Part shown: positions 22,448 to 32,834 of the stretch, in pieces
How the letters are laid out: every line of letters starts with the position of its first letter
Position numbering within the stretch: position 1 is the stretch's first letter
Assembly (NCBI GenBank): GCA_050950825.1
Contig: JBMNIH010000002.1
Span: 448,001 to 512,000 of the forward strand
Length of the DNA: 64,000 nucleotides
Reading direction: 5' to 3'
Source of the DNA: Clostridia bacterium
GTDB lineage: Bacteria > Bacillota > Clostridia > JAAYHZ01
Translations under genes and position numbers: made by a program
The notes under the pieces: model-generated
What the model saw: only the letters and a program-made list of their open reading frames with translations
Database searches by the model: none
Told to the model about the DNA's origin: nothing

Positions 22448-23698
22448 TTATTTTCGATTCGCCCGGGCAACCTTTTCGATGATGGAAGCGGCCAATTCGC
22501 AGTGTTCTTTTTCATATTTTTCGCTAAAGCTGGACCATCGGATAAAGGTTTTCAAAAAGCGATGAGCGTTAGGGCAAGTATTTTCATCGTATACATAATC
22601 AAAGGACGCCGGAGGCTTGCTGAAAGGATAAATCTTTTTCTCCGCTTTGCGTTGCAGAAATTTTAAGGATTCGGGCATTAAATAGTACTTGCCTAATCCG
22701 GCATCGCCGATACCTTCATCGGCTAATCGCTTCACAAATTCCTCGGGTGTACAGAGAAACTTTTCCGGGTCTATTCGAAAGCCGAACATCCAACAGGAAT
22801 ACAGGTCGACATAATCCGGAATTTCCAAAGGGAGTATCCCGTCAATATTACGAATCAAACTTGTCAAATACCTTGCCATTCGATCGATTTTTTCAACGGC
22901 CGGCTTTATGATTTCCAGCTGTGCCAGTGTCATTGCCGCCGTACAGGAAGGCATACGGTAAGCCAGGCCTTGGTCCTGATGGACTCTTCCGAAGCCCGGT
23001 ACCGTTTTGGCGTCTCGGCTGTGGCCCATATATCGTGCTCGGTCCGCAATTTCATCGTCGTTCGTAATGATGCAGCCCCCTGTATCGGAGCCTAAAGTCT
23101 TTTCGGCATCAAAGGAAAAAGCCGCCGCCTTGCCGAAGGTTCCTGCCAATCTTCCTTTATACTTTCCGAATACGGCTTGGCATACGTCCTCGTAAACAAT
23201 AAGCCGGTGTTTTTCCGCAAGCCGAAGAATAGGGTCCATATCGCAGATAATACCCGTTTTATGAACAACAAGAACGGCACGGGTTCTTTCGGTGATGCAT
23301 TTTTCAATGGTTTCTGCGGAGACGTTCACGCTTCCTTCTTCCGTATCGGCAAACACGGGAATGTAATTCTCGTACAAAAGACCCAAAACGGTACCGTAAT
23401 CGGTAACGGGGCTTACGATGATTTCATCGCCCGGTTCAAAACCAAAGGTTGCGGCTAGAACATGAAGTGCCGGCGTACAACCGGGCGTAGCGATGCAGTG
23501 CTTGACACCGTATTCCTTTGCAAATGTTTTTTCAAACCTTGTCGTCATATCCGAAGCCAAACCCGAGTCCACCACTTCCTGCAAATACTTCATTGCATTG
23601 GGTCCTATAATCCGCGGAAATAAGCCGGGCAGTTTTGTATTGAAATCCTTAAATGCATCCGCTCCGAATTTTGCATTTTCCGGTTTTCCCATATCCAT
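22448..23698 (-). CDS. DegT/DnrJ/EryC1/StrS family PLP aminotransferase
   Basis: GDEIIVS, PVFAD, EDVCQA, FSFDAEK (PLP Lys), GG.I.TND; RBS GGAGG before MDMGK. Confidence 0.88.
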   Translation of the reverse strand: MDMGKPENAKFGADAFKDFNTKLPGLFPRIIGPNAMKYLQEVVDSGLASDMTTRFEKTFAKEYGVKHCIATPGCTPALHVLAATFGFEPGDEIIVSPVTDYGTVLGLLYENYIPVFADTEEGSVNVSAETIEKCITERTRAVLVVHKTGIICDMDPILRLAEKHRLIVYEDVCQAVFGKYKGRLAGTFGKAAAFSFDAEKTLGSDTGGCIITNDDEIADRARYMGHSRDAKTVPGFGRVHQDQGLAYRMPSCTAAMTLAQLEIIKPAVEKIDRMARYLTSLIRNIDGILPLEIPDYVDLYSCWMFGFRIDPEKFLCTPEEFVKRLADEGIGDAGLGKYYLMPESLKFLQRKAEKKIYPFSKPPASFDYVYDENTCPNAHRFLKTFIRWSSFSEKYEKEHCELAASIIEKVARANRK

Positions 23699-23775
23699 CG
23701 GTAATCCTCCTGTCATGTCGTTATGGAAAGTGTACCGGAACACCTTGTGCATTTTTAACAAAATTCAAAGGTTTG

Positions 23776-23878
23776 TTTATACATATGTGATACGTATCTT
23801 TAGAAAACTTGGAAACAGATTATGGCAACGAACTGCAGGATTGGTATTTACTAGTATGAATCATCACATATGTTTAAA
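23776..23878. promoter_or_regulatory. Pair of inverted operator-like sites in divergent promoter region
   Basis: TTTATACATATGTGAT (23776-23791) and reverse-complement copy at 23863-23878, 15/16 identical. Confidence 0.5.
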
Positions 23879-23955
23879 ATTACCTCATTATTTAATTAAA
23901 AATAATCGATACTCTTTGTTACACTTAAGACACAACCGTATTTCGAAAGGAGGTT

Positions 23956-25788
23956 ATGGATATGTTTAAGAAAATAATGGTGTTTATGACTGTCACTTGT
24001 ATTTTGTTCGCATTCTCCTCGTGCGGCATTGCACCTTCGAGTGAAAAGGAGGAGACAACTTCGGTCACAACAACGACACCCGGTACAACAACCAAGTCTT
24101 CGGAAACCACAAAATCCGCAGGAACAACGACGACAACAAGCACGACAACAACGGTTACTACCGAAGCGAATCCTTTAGGCGAGTTTTATGAAATCTCTTG
24201 GCTGGTTCGCTTTACGCAAAATTACGAAGAAGGCCGATGGGACGAGCTGGAGCTGGAGGAATTGTTTAATGTGGACATCAAGGTTTGGAATATCGACGCC
24301 AATAACGACAATGAAATGATGATGATGTATGCCGCAGGTGATGTTCCGGACTTTTACTGGTGTACAGGGAGAGTAAAGGAAAATTACGAGCAAGGACTCA
24401 ATCGGAGCATTCCGAAGAAAATGATCCGAGAATTTGCGCCGGTATTCTACAATATGGTGGATCAATACGAAGGCGGCTGGAGCAAGCTGGCGATTAACGG
24501 CAACGAAGAAGAGCAATACGGTATCAATCGTATGGACGTATACTTTTTAATGCCCTACACGGTTCCCGTATTTCGACTGGATTGGCTGGAAAATTTAGGG
24601 TTTTCTTTGGACAATTTGGCCTCCATTGATTCGAACAACCGATATTTCATTACGGACCGGCAATTCACTTTTTCCGAGATTAATGAAATTTACAGGGCTT
24701 TAACCGAAGACGATCCCGACGGAAACGGAGAAGACGATACGTACGCCTTGGTGTTTACGCCCAGCCATTGGTTCAATGCCTCTTTAATGTCTTCCTTCGG
24801 ATTTGTGGACGACAGCCGTTATTTGTATTACGACAAAGTAACCGGCAACTATGTTCAATATTTCGCATTCGAAGGCTACAAGAGATATTTAAATTGGGTC
24901 ACAGATCTGTTGGAGAAAGGCTATATCCGTGAGCTGCCGGGCCAAGAGGACTGGTTTAACGAATATTTGGCGGCCAGCGGAACGGGTAAAGTCGGCTGCT
25001 TGGCCGGGATGCTGGACGGATTCAACAGGGTGGATTATGATTTCTTCAGCACGTATCCGCCCAATACGGTCCACGACAGCGATCCCGACGCCCTTTTTGT
25101 GGTCACTCCCCCTCATCAAACGGAGGACGGAACCGGCCGGTATAAAGGGTACGGAGATTCTCCTTTTATAGACGGGTACGCGTATACATTCGGTGCCGGT
25201 GTGGATGACGGAAAAGCGGAACGCATATTGCGAATAATCAACTACATCAACGAAAATCCCGATGTCAAGTTTCGGTTCGACAACGGCATTGAGGGCGTAC
25301 ATTACAAATGGTCGGGGAAACCCTTCAAAAGTCCTTTGATTGTAACACCCATTGATAAAGTACCTCGAAAGTATACCCACGGTGCAAACATGCGTATTTT
25401 CGGTACCGCCGATATCTATTTTGACTTGTATCAAAAGTTTAATTACAGCGCAACCCATATCATGATGTTCGATTACTGGAAAGAAAAGGATCTGTATCGG
25501 TATGCGCTGGTGCCGGATAAATGGATCAGCAGTTTGGATGTACCGGATGAAATATACGACGCGTATTCGGATAAAAGTAATGAAGTTATGTCCGGCATCA
25601 ACTCTTTGGTTTCCGATTTTTATAACCGAGCTTTCAGAGGCCAAATCTCCAATATCGACAACGAATGGCAGCAATACATCGACACTTTATACAATGCAGG
25701 ATATGATGATTTGGTTGAATACTTTAACGATGAAAAATGGCCGATGTTTAAAAACTACATTGCGGATTTTACGGCTACACTGCGCTAA
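23956..25788 (+). CDS. Extracellular solute-binding lipoprotein (carbohydrate ABC, LplA-like) with Thr-rich linker
   Basis: Lipobox FSSC, poly-Thr tether, AGD.PD, R.DWLE.LG, DPDGNG..DT, G.EGVHY motifs. Confidence 0.82.
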   Translation: MDMFKKIMVFMTVTCILFAFSSCGIAPSSEKEETTSVTTTTPGTTTKSSETTKSAGTTTTTSTTTTVTTEANPLGEFYEISWLVRFTQNYEEGRWDELELEELFNVDIKVWNIDANNDNEMMMMYAAGDVPDFYWCTGRVKENYEQGLNRSIPKKMIREFAPVFYNMVDQYEGGWSKLAINGNEEEQYGINRMDVYFLMPYTVPVFRLDWLENLGFSLDNLASIDSNNRYFITDRQFTFSEINEIYRALTEDDPDGNGEDDTYALVFTPSHWFNASLMSSFGFVDDSRYLYYDKVTGNYVQYFAFEGYKRYLNWVTDLLEKGYIRELPGQEDWFNEYLAASGTGKVGCLAGMLDGFNRVDYDFFSTYPPNTVHDSDPDALFVVTPPHQTEDGTGRYKGYGDSPFIDGYAYTFGAGVDDGKAERILRIINYINENPDVKFRFDNGIEGVHYKWSGKPFKSPLIVTPIDKVPRKYTHGANMRIFGTADIYFDLYQKFNYSATHIMMFDYWKEKDLYRYALVPDKWISSLDVPDEIYDAYSDKSNEVMSGINSLVSDFYNRAFRGQISNIDNEWQQYIDTLYNAGYDDLVEYFNDEKWPMFKNYIADFTATLR

Positions 25789-25826
25789 TAAACAGGTAAA
25801 AAATCAATTGTTCGGTTCTACTTGCC

Positions 25827-25855
25827 GATGCCCTTGCAAAAGGCATCTTTTTTTA
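25827..25855 (+). terminator. Intrinsic terminator
   Basis: GATGCC-TTGCAAAA-GGCATC-type hairpin followed by T run. Confidence 0.7.
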
Positions 25856-25869
25856 TGCTTTTTTGCGAT

Positions 25870-26721
25870 TTATCCTTTGGTGTTAAGCTCCAGATTGTAG
25901 TTCTTCTTATTTTGGATCCGATACTGCATGGGAGAAATTTTCTCGTACTTTTTAAAGAAGATGCTGAAATATTGGCAGGAATTGAATCCGCACAAGTCGG
26001 ATATATAGCCTACGGAATAATCCGTTTCTCTTAACAACCGCTTCGCTTTGTCGATGGTGGCTTTAATGATGTACTCCTTAGGAGACAAACCGGTAACGGC
26101 TTGAAATTTTCGAGAAAAATACTCCCGGCTATATCCGGCCATTCTCGATAATTGATCGACGGTAAGGGTAGGATTGCCGTGTTCTTGGATATATCGGATA
26201 ATGGCCCCGAAATTTTCTTGCTTTATGCTTTCGGGCAATACCGTATCGTTTTTGCTTAAGCTTTTATGTTCCAGCCGATAACTTCGAATAATCCGCACTA
26301 ATGTTATCAAACCCAATGCATGAATCGTTTCCCGGTAGTAATACTTTTCATTGATTGCCTCTTCCACCATTTTCTCCATATAGATACCGATTTGCTCGTC
26401 TTTACAATCCATTCGGCGGGGAAATGCCATCATAACGGTATTCAGCTCGGGATCGTTTATCCGAAATTTAAAATCCAACGTATGAGCACCCTCTTTGGAT
26501 ACGACGGAAAACTTATGCATCTCCTTCGGTTTAAATACGGCCAGTTGCTTTTTTACCAAATCGTAGCACGCACCGCCATGCTCGATTTTTATTCTTCCGG
26601 CAATACAATACATAATGTGGTAGCTGTCTCTATGGTCATGCTCGGGATCCACATGATTTTTACTGTAAAAGCATTTTTCCACTTTCCATACGGTAATCCA
26701 TTCGTTTTTGCTCGTATGCAT
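25870..26721 (-). CDS. AraC family transcriptional regulator
   Basis: Cupin (H.H..Y.I.Y) plus C-terminal S.EYFSRKF...CGF....YFS.FFKK..SP..YR. Confidence 0.92.
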   Translation of the reverse strand: MHTSKNEWITVWKVEKCFYSKNHVDPEHDHRDSYHIMYCIAGRIKIEHGGACYDLVKKQLAVFKPKEMHKFSVVSKEGAHTLDFKFRINDPELNTVMMAFPRRMDCKDEQIGIYMEKMVEEAINEKYYYRETIHALGLITLVRIIRSYRLEHKSLSKNDTVLPESIKQENFGAIIRYIQEHGNPTLTVDQLSRMAGYSREYFSRKFQAVTGLSPKEYIIKATIDKAKRLLRETDYSVGYISDLCGFNSCQYFSIFFKKYEKISPMQYRIQNKKNYNLELNTKG

Positions 26722-26863
26722 CCTGCATATCACCTCCCGAAAATGAACTCAGGTTCATTATAGCATAAAATTACTTTACAGTATAAAGATTACCGGCGAA
26801 CATAGGGATGCAAAAGAAATGAATGCCCGGACAAAAGCCCGGGCGACGTTCGCTTCGGCTTCG

Positions 26864-27616
26864 CTATAGTTTTTCCATAATGAGCTTGACGTTTTTATCC
26901 AGCAGATCGGCAAAGTATTTAATATTTTCGTCGTTAAATCGAAGAGAGGGACCGGATATGCTGACACCGGCAATCACTTGGCCTTTTCGGTCGAAAATGG
27001 CTTTTCCTACGCATTTTATGCCGTATTCGTTTTCCATGTTATCAACGGCATAACCCCTTGAAGCGGTTATCTTAAGCTCCTCCATGAGTTTGTCTTTGTC
27101 GGTAATGGTATTGCTTGTAATTTTTCTTAATCCTTCAGATACGATCTCCGTTATTCTGTCTTCCGGCAAATGGGCCATGATCGCCTTGCCGATAGCGGTA
27201 CTGTACAGCGGCGCTTTCTCGCCGAGTATGGTTTTCGTAGGTACCGTATTTTTCGGATATACCATATCGAGGTACAAAACTTCGTTTTTGTCCGGTATTC
27301 CCAAATACACGATTTCATTTGCCGCTTTGGAGATTTCCTGGAGGTAGGGCATTGCGACCTTCCGAAAATCCATTCCGGAAGTAATTACGTAAGCCAGCTC
27401 CAATATTTTGTTTCCTGGCCGATATTTGTTGTTTTCATTGTTTTTAATAATATACCCCGCTTCTTCAAAAGTGGAAAGTATATTGAAAACATTGCTTTTG
27501 TAAAGCCCCAGCATTTCGCTTATTTCCGTTATTCCGAGCTCCGGCGTTTTTTCCGTGAAACACTCCAGAATCTTTAACGCTTTGTATAACGATTTTACCT
27601 TAATACGATCTTCCAT
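26864..27616 (-). CDS. IclR family transcriptional regulator
   Basis: SL.KAL.ILE, LG.TEISE.LGL.KS, TAIGKA, RGYAVDN.ENE.GI.C, SISGP..R. Confidence 0.93.
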   Translation of the reverse strand: MEDRIKVKSLYKALKILECFTEKTPELGITEISEMLGLYKSNVFNILSTFEEAGYIIKNNENNKYRPGNKILELAYVITSGMDFRKVAMPYLQEISKAANEIVYLGIPDKNEVLYLDMVYPKNTVPTKTILGEKAPLYSTAIGKAIMAHLPEDRITEIVSEGLRKITSNTITDKDKLMEELKITASRGYAVDNMENEYGIKCVGKAIFDRKGQVIAGVSISGPSLRFNDENIKYFADLLDKNVKLIMEKL

Positions 27617-27632
27617 AACCGTCCTTCCGATT

Positions 27633-28634
27633 TCATGAATGTCTTTCGCATGACAGTATGTCTTCGATTGTACATCTGACGTATGCGATCCTTTCTCTTT
27701 TCCATGTATAGGTAATGGATATTTCGTTTCCTTTGGCAACAATCGAAGGATAGGAGTATTCTCCTTCTTCATCTTCGAGAATACATGTAACGGGCCATGT
27801 CGCTCCGTTATCCCTTGATAAGCTCACTACCAGAGGAGTACGAGGTCCCCAATCCTCGCTTACGGGATTGTATACCAAAGCTACGGTTCCGTCGTCAAGC
27901 TTTACCGCATCGATGCCACTGTTATTATTCGGCAAAGAGGTTTCATATACCTCACCCCACGTCCTTCCTCCGTCCGTCGAATCGCTGCGGCATATCCTTC
28001 CGCAGGTGCTCCTTAGCAGCATATGCACCTTTCCGGGCTCCGATTCCCAAAGCGTGGGCTGGATCACACCCTTGCCGCGAAACTTTTGACGATTGATAGG
28101 AACGAAGGGACTTTTCTCCCATGTATATCCGTCGTCCGCGGAAATATCCGTAAAAGCGTTCCAATCCCCGATTTCGTTGGAGGCCGGGGCAAGCCATACC
28201 CCGTTGTGCAATACGATGGGCTTGTTTTTTACGGGTCCTCTTCCTCCGATATCTCCCGGAACCAACTCCTTCGGTTCGCTCCACCGGATTCCGTTATCCC
28301 GGGAGACCCTATACTTCGTATGCCATAGGCTGTCGTTTTCCCCTACCTTGTAATACAAAATGATTCTTCCGTCGGGGGCCTTAAAAAGAACCGGGTTCCA
28401 ATGGGCAATGCCTTCCTCGTCCGCGAGAACTTGCGGGAAACTCCAATTACCGTCCTTGCGCCTTGCGTACCAAATCGCTGTATCGGGTTTTTTTTCCGCC
28501 GTTCCTCCGAACCAAGCCGCAAGGGTATCTCCGTTGTCCAACTCCACAAGCGTGGAGGCGTGGCAGCTTAAAAACGGTCGGTCGTCCCCAAAAATATATT
28601 CTTTTCTTTCCGTTATTTTACATCCTCTTTTCAT
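27633..28634 (-). CDS. Exo-alpha-sialidase-like BNR/Asp-box glycosidase (GH33-like)
   Basis: Asp boxes S.D.G..W (x4), CHAST, NPVLF, RTPL, YSYP. Confidence 0.85.
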   Translation of the reverse strand: MKRGCKITERKEYIFGDDRPFLSCHASTLVELDNGDTLAAWFGGTAEKKPDTAIWYARRKDGNWSFPQVLADEEGIAHWNPVLFKAPDGRIILYYKVGENDSLWHTKYRVSRDNGIRWSEPKELVPGDIGGRGPVKNKPIVLHNGVWLAPASNEIGDWNAFTDISADDGYTWEKSPFVPINRQKFRGKGVIQPTLWESEPGKVHMLLRSTCGRICRSDSTDGGRTWGEVYETSLPNNNSGIDAVKLDDGTVALVYNPVSEDWGPRTPLVVSLSRDNGATWPVTCILEDEEGEYSYPSIVAKGNEISITYTWKRERIAYVRCTIEDILSCERHS

Positions 28635-28649
28635 GATTCCCTCCTCGTT

Positions 28650-30602
28650 TCACGGATTTCGAAAATCTTTGGACGGTTCCCAATCCCATTTCAATTCCCT
28701 TCTGAACCACATGTACACCTTTCCGTCTTCGGCACCCGATACGATGTCCGGTTCGCCGTCGCCGTCAAGATCCGTACACCAAGGGGAGCACTTGTGACAC
28801 ACAAGATCGATGGGCGTTCCGTCCTTGAACGTAATCAGTCGCGGTCTTTCAAATACGGGTTCCGAATCGGTCCCCGCATTCTTAAGCCAAAATAAGGTGG
28901 CTTTCCGCGGGAAAAATGCATTAATATGTACGTTCAGGTCCCGATGGGTACCTCCTATGATGTCCGTATTGCCGTCTCCGTCCCAATCGCAGGCAAAAAG
29001 CACCGTTCTACCGAGATGACCGCCCGGACCGCAGCATTTGACGGCACATCCGTCCGTGTATCGTAATAGACGGCCTTCACGTACCGCCGTGCAATCCTTC
29101 TCGTCTTTTTCGAAGAACTGCGCCAAGCCGTCTATGTTGACGGCGATCAATCTTCCGTTATTCCATAGAGCAGGTCTTGATCGCCAAGCCGTTGCAAAAT
29201 CCTTACCGTTTAATTGTAAGACAACTCCGGTATCAAATACGGGGTGGGTTCGGGTGCCGATGTTGCGATACCACGTTATTTTCCCCGTTATATCGTTGGT
29301 AAGCAGGTCAACCAGCCCGTCCCCGTCCCAATCGACGGCCAGAGGATTCGTATACCCCCATCTTTTTTCGGCCGGCCCCTGTATCGAACCCGAATCCCCG
29401 GCTTGGTGGCGTATCCGTTTTCCGTCCTTTGTTTTTAAGGGTTTACCGGCGCGATACGAAAACTTGTAGGGCTCATTGGCCGTGTTTTCAAAATACCACA
29501 AATAGCCGGACGAGTCTCCGACCACGAGGTCCAAGTCTTTATCGTTATCCGCATCGATGAAGCACGGTACCGACAACGTTTCCGCCCTTACGTCCCCTCC
29601 TTGCTTTAGAAGAGGAGGCCGTTCTACGAAGCCTTCGTCCGTGTTTTCAAGCCAAAATACCGTCCCCGGATTCCCCGAAACCAAGATGTCCGTTTTTCCG
29701 TCCCTATTGATGTCAAAGGGAAAAAACGACGTAAAGTAATGGGCTCTTTGCAAAGGACTGCATTTCATCTCCGTCGGTGAACCGACGGGCTTTAACGGTT
29801 TGTCCGTCTTTAGCATGTAGAGCCGGTCAATATTCATTCTTACAAGAAGCTCCGGCTTTCCGTCTCCGTCCAAGTCTGCCGGTACGGCGTCTAGTACGTG
29901 ATCCCATGAACGAAAGCGGCAAATCTCCTCGACGTCTTTATATACCGGATTTTCATTGGACCCGGAATTGTAAATAACATAGAGTATCGTATCGCCTTGT
30001 TTTCCTCTCCATTGTCCGTTGTCATCGTAACCTCTTCCGAAACCGGCGGTAGGATGTTCGTTGTCTCTCCAAAGGCTCATCCCGTCCGGCCAATATTTTG
30101 AGCTCCAATCGGAACAAGACATCAAAAGATGAACCGCCTCATTCCCCGGCAGAGTAAAAGAATGCAACGAGGCAAGGGAAGCGCCCTTCGGAGCACGGAG
30201 CTTTTTTAAAAGCTCTTCCATGCACAGCACCTTTTCTTTGCTTGCTTCGAATACGGGGTTGCTTCGCGGTCCGATATTTCGATACAGCATTAAACAATCA
30301 TCCTTCAGCGTCAGCAAATAAAACCCCGTTTTCTCATCCGTCGGCAAAGGGATGCAATATCGGCCTTCGATTCCTTCTAAAAATTCGGCAGGCTTGTAGA
30401 CGGGAATGGTATTTTGAAATCTTTGGTCCTCTCGGTATAAGTAGGTTCCGCCTCCAAAAAAGCGGGGATTGGCGTTGTACAAAATATCACTGCCTCCCGT
30501 ACCCGTCCAATCGACTACGGCGACGGACCCGTCCAAGGCTTCCCCTAACTCGGTAAACTCGTCCGGAGAGGTTTGCATGGCACGCATCAAATACTTGTTC
30601 AT
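28650..30602 (-). CDS. FG-GAP/VCBS repeat beta-propeller protein
   Basis: Repeated D.D.DG..D motifs (DLDGDGKPE, DINRDGKTD, DWDGDGLVD, DWDGDGNTD, DLDGDGEPD); no signal peptide. Confidence 0.8.
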   Translation of the reverse strand: MNKYLMRAMQTSPDEFTELGEALDGSVAVVDWTGTGGSDILYNANPRFFGGGTYLYREDQRFQNTIPVYKPAEFLEGIEGRYCIPLPTDEKTGFYLLTLKDDCLMLYRNIGPRSNPVFEASKEKVLCMEELLKKLRAPKGASLASLHSFTLPGNEAVHLLMSCSDWSSKYWPDGMSLWRDNEHPTAGFGRGYDDNGQWRGKQGDTILYVIYNSGSNENPVYKDVEEICRFRSWDHVLDAVPADLDGDGKPELLVRMNIDRLYMLKTDKPLKPVGSPTEMKCSPLQRAHYFTSFFPFDINRDGKTDILVSGNPGTVFWLENTDEGFVERPPLLKQGGDVRAETLSVPCFIDADNDKDLDLVVGDSSGYLWYFENTANEPYKFSYRAGKPLKTKDGKRIRHQAGDSGSIQGPAEKRWGYTNPLAVDWDGDGLVDLLTNDITGKITWYRNIGTRTHPVFDTGVVLQLNGKDFATAWRSRPALWNNGRLIAVNIDGLAQFFEKDEKDCTAVREGRLLRYTDGCAVKCCGPGGHLGRTVLFACDWDGDGNTDIIGGTHRDLNVHINAFFPRKATLFWLKNAGTDSEPVFERPRLITFKDGTPIDLVCHKCSPWCTDLDGDGEPDIVSGAEDGKVYMWFRRELKWDWEPSKDFRNP

Positions 30603-30633
30603 AACACGTATCTCCTTAAAACCCCTTTTCATT

Positions 30634-31566
30634 TCACGATCTTGTTATCGGTATTCCGAACGCCCGAGCGTATTCCGCCGAAAGGGAATGCAAAAATTCA
30701 ATTTCATATCGGTGAGAGATATCAAAGCCGGAGATCTCCTTGCTTCTGCATTCAAGCCGAATCCCTAATCCCTCCAATTGCATATAATACTTCGCATTGA
30801 CGGGATAGTATTGGTATTCGATGGCCGAAGCAAACCCGAGAAAGCTTTGAAGTCTTTTCGCCTGCTCCGGGTTGCTTGACCGCAACATCATCAACCCTTT
30901 GTAAAGCTCGGGATGAAAATTCGCCATAACTCCGCTGTATCCCGCCGCTCCGTACTCCAAAGTCTCTAATAAAGTCGCCGCATTCGCATTAAAGACCTTC
31001 AAACCTTTCGGCGATGCCTTCCGTATTTTCTCCTTAATGAGCTTAGGATTTCGGCAGGTATCCTTTAAAAAGAAGAATCTTCCGGTGTCGGCAAGCCATT
31101 CCGCAAGCTCGGGCGTTACGATCCGTTTGTAAGGATACGGACACTCATATATTCCCAAAGGGATGTCCGGAATCCATTGAAGCAAGCTTTCGATGTTTTT
31201 CATAAGGACCGAGTCCGGCTCATCCCGTCGGGCCAGCCGGCTGCCGATGAGAACCAAGGCATCAATGCCCGTATCCGCCATGGCCTTTAGCTCCTCCCTT
31301 TGTTCTTTCACGGATTCCGAAATATGCCCGGACGCGATTACGGGAACCCTGCCTCTTGCCAGCTCCTTGACGGTTCGTGCAAGGCGGGTTCTTTCCTCCA
31401 AGGTCAAGAAAAACATTTCGCTTGACTGGCAGACGGCAAACAAACCGTCCACCCCTTTGTCGATATACCACTCCACAATATTTTCCAAAACACCGTAGTC
31501 GATTTTATTGTCTTTAAAAGGCGTTATCATGGTAGGCCAAATCCCGTCCGGAATAACGGCTTTCAT
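30634..31566 (-). CDS. Dihydrodipicolinate synthase / N-acetylneuraminate lyase family aldolase
   Basis: MITPF, GLFAVCQSSEMF.L, YECPYPY, Schiff-base KDT. Confidence 0.88.
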   Translation of the reverse strand: MKAVIPDGIWPTMITPFKDNKIDYGVLENIVEWYIDKGVDGLFAVCQSSEMFFLTLEERTRLARTVKELARGRVPVIASGHISESVKEQREELKAMADTGIDALVLIGSRLARRDEPDSVLMKNIESLLQWIPDIPLGIYECPYPYKRIVTPELAEWLADTGRFFFLKDTCRNPKLIKEKIRKASPKGLKVFNANAATLLETLEYGAAGYSGVMANFHPELYKGLMMLRSSNPEQAKRLQSFLGFASAIEYQYYPVNAKYYMQLEGLGIRLECRSKEISGFDISHRYEIEFLHSLSAEYARAFGIPITRS

Positions 31567-31567
31567 A

Positions 31568-32332
31568 TTATGCACTCCTTTCACTGTCGCGTTGTGTATC
31601 CATTCTTGTCTGCATGATCCTTCGAACTTCCTCAAGGTCCTCCTGCGTATCCACACTCAGCGCGTTGTAGTCGTACCGGGTTTTCACCACCTTGATTTTA
31701 TACCCGTGCTCCAGCACCTTAAGCTGTTCTAAAGATTCGGTCAGAGCCAAGGGTGTATTTTCAAGATCGACGTAAGTTAAGAGAAACTCTTTTCGATATG
31801 CGTATATGCCAATATGTTCATAAACCTCGAGGTACTCCGATTTTCTCGGATATGGAATCAAGGACCGGGAAAAATACAAAGCATTGCCTTGGCGGTCGGT
31901 GACCACCTTCACCGTATTGGGGTCATGGAACATGCTTTCCTTTGCGATTCGGTATGCGCCTGTGGCCATAACGGCATTCTTGTCCTCTAAAAGCGCCGAA
32001 ACGATTTCATCGATGATCTCGGGCAGGATAAGAGGCTCATCCCCTTGAATATTCACCACAATATCGCAATCCGTGTTTCGCGCAACCTCGGAAACCCTGT
32101 CGCTTCCGGTTTGATGGTCTTTGGATGTCATGGCTGCTTCTCCCCCGAAGCCCTCTACCGCTTTGTATATCCGTTCATCGTCGGTGGCAACGATGACCTT
32201 ATCGATCAGTTTCGCTTTGCATGCTTGTTCGTAAACGTGTTGAATCATAGGCTTTCCGCAAATGTCCTTCAACGGCTTTCCTTCCAACCTCGTTGAGCCG
32301 TAACGTGCAGGGATAATGCCGATTGTTTTCAT
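31568..32332 (-). CDS. kdsB: 3-deoxy-manno-octulosonate cytidylyltransferase (CMP-Kdo synthetase)
   Basis: IPARYGSTRLEGKPL, ATDDERI, GSDR, NIQGDEP, YFSRS.IP, HIGIYAY, ESLEQL, VDT.ED. Confidence 0.92.
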   Translation of the reverse strand: MKTIGIIPARYGSTRLEGKPLKDICGKPMIQHVYEQACKAKLIDKVIVATDDERIYKAVEGFGGEAAMTSKDHQTGSDRVSEVARNTDCDIVVNIQGDEPLILPEIIDEIVSALLEDKNAVMATGAYRIAKESMFHDPNTVKVVTDRQGNALYFSRSLIPYPRKSEYLEVYEHIGIYAYRKEFLLTYVDLENTPLALTESLEQLKVLEHGYKIKVVKTRYDYNALSVDTQEDLEEVRRIMQTRMDTQRDSERSA

Positions 32333-32359
32333 GTTGACCCTCCGTAAAATTTCATTTTG

Positions 32360-32812
32360 TTATTCCGTCATTACTTTAACAACAATTTTTACAACACCGC
32401 TTTCTTTTTCGGCATTCCTTCCGGGCATATGGGCATCTTCGGGAAAAAGAATCATAAAGCTTCCTTCATCGACGGTGATAAAGTCCCCTTCCCCCGAATA
32501 CCGGGCAACGTCGTTGTCGGCGTCGTATTCTTTTGTATTACTCAGGCTGTGAATGTTGGCATAGCCGATTCTCTCACGGCCTTTGCAAACATATTGAATG
32601 TCAATATACTTTCCGTGAGCTTCCCATTGGGTATTGTCGACGGGCTTCGTTGTGTATTCGCTGACAACGGCATACAATTTTTTACCGTCAATCTCATGTA
32701 CCCCGATCTCCGGATCGGATTTCGCAATTTTTTGTAAAAAAGCAAGTCCGCGGGCAATTCTTTCGTCGATTCCTTGGTATATACGGGCATTGTAAAGCTT
32801 ATCGGTTATCAT
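32360..32812 (-). CDS. YhcH/YjgK/YiaL (NanQ-like) family protein
   Basis: EAH.KYIDIQY...G.E, FP.DAH.P, KIVVKV. Confidence 0.9.
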   Translation of the reverse strand: MITDKLYNARIYQGIDERIARGLAFLQKIAKSDPEIGVHEIDGKKLYAVVSEYTTKPVDNTQWEAHGKYIDIQYVCKGRERIGYANIHSLSNTKEYDADNDVARYSGEGDFITVDEGSFMILFPEDAHMPGRNAEKESGVVKIVVKVMTE

Positions 32813-32834
32813 ATTCGGAATCCTCCTTGATATA

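Noticed and set aside
24055-24162. ACA/ACG-rich low-complexity tract as a VNTR or contingency repeat
   Set aside because: It encodes an ordinary Thr-rich lipoprotein tether with mixed codons
22448-32332. DegT enzyme plus kdsB as an 8-amino-Kdo (KdnA/KdnB) pathway
   Set aside because: No KdnB-type iron-containing dehydrogenase is present, and the genes lie in separate regulatory units
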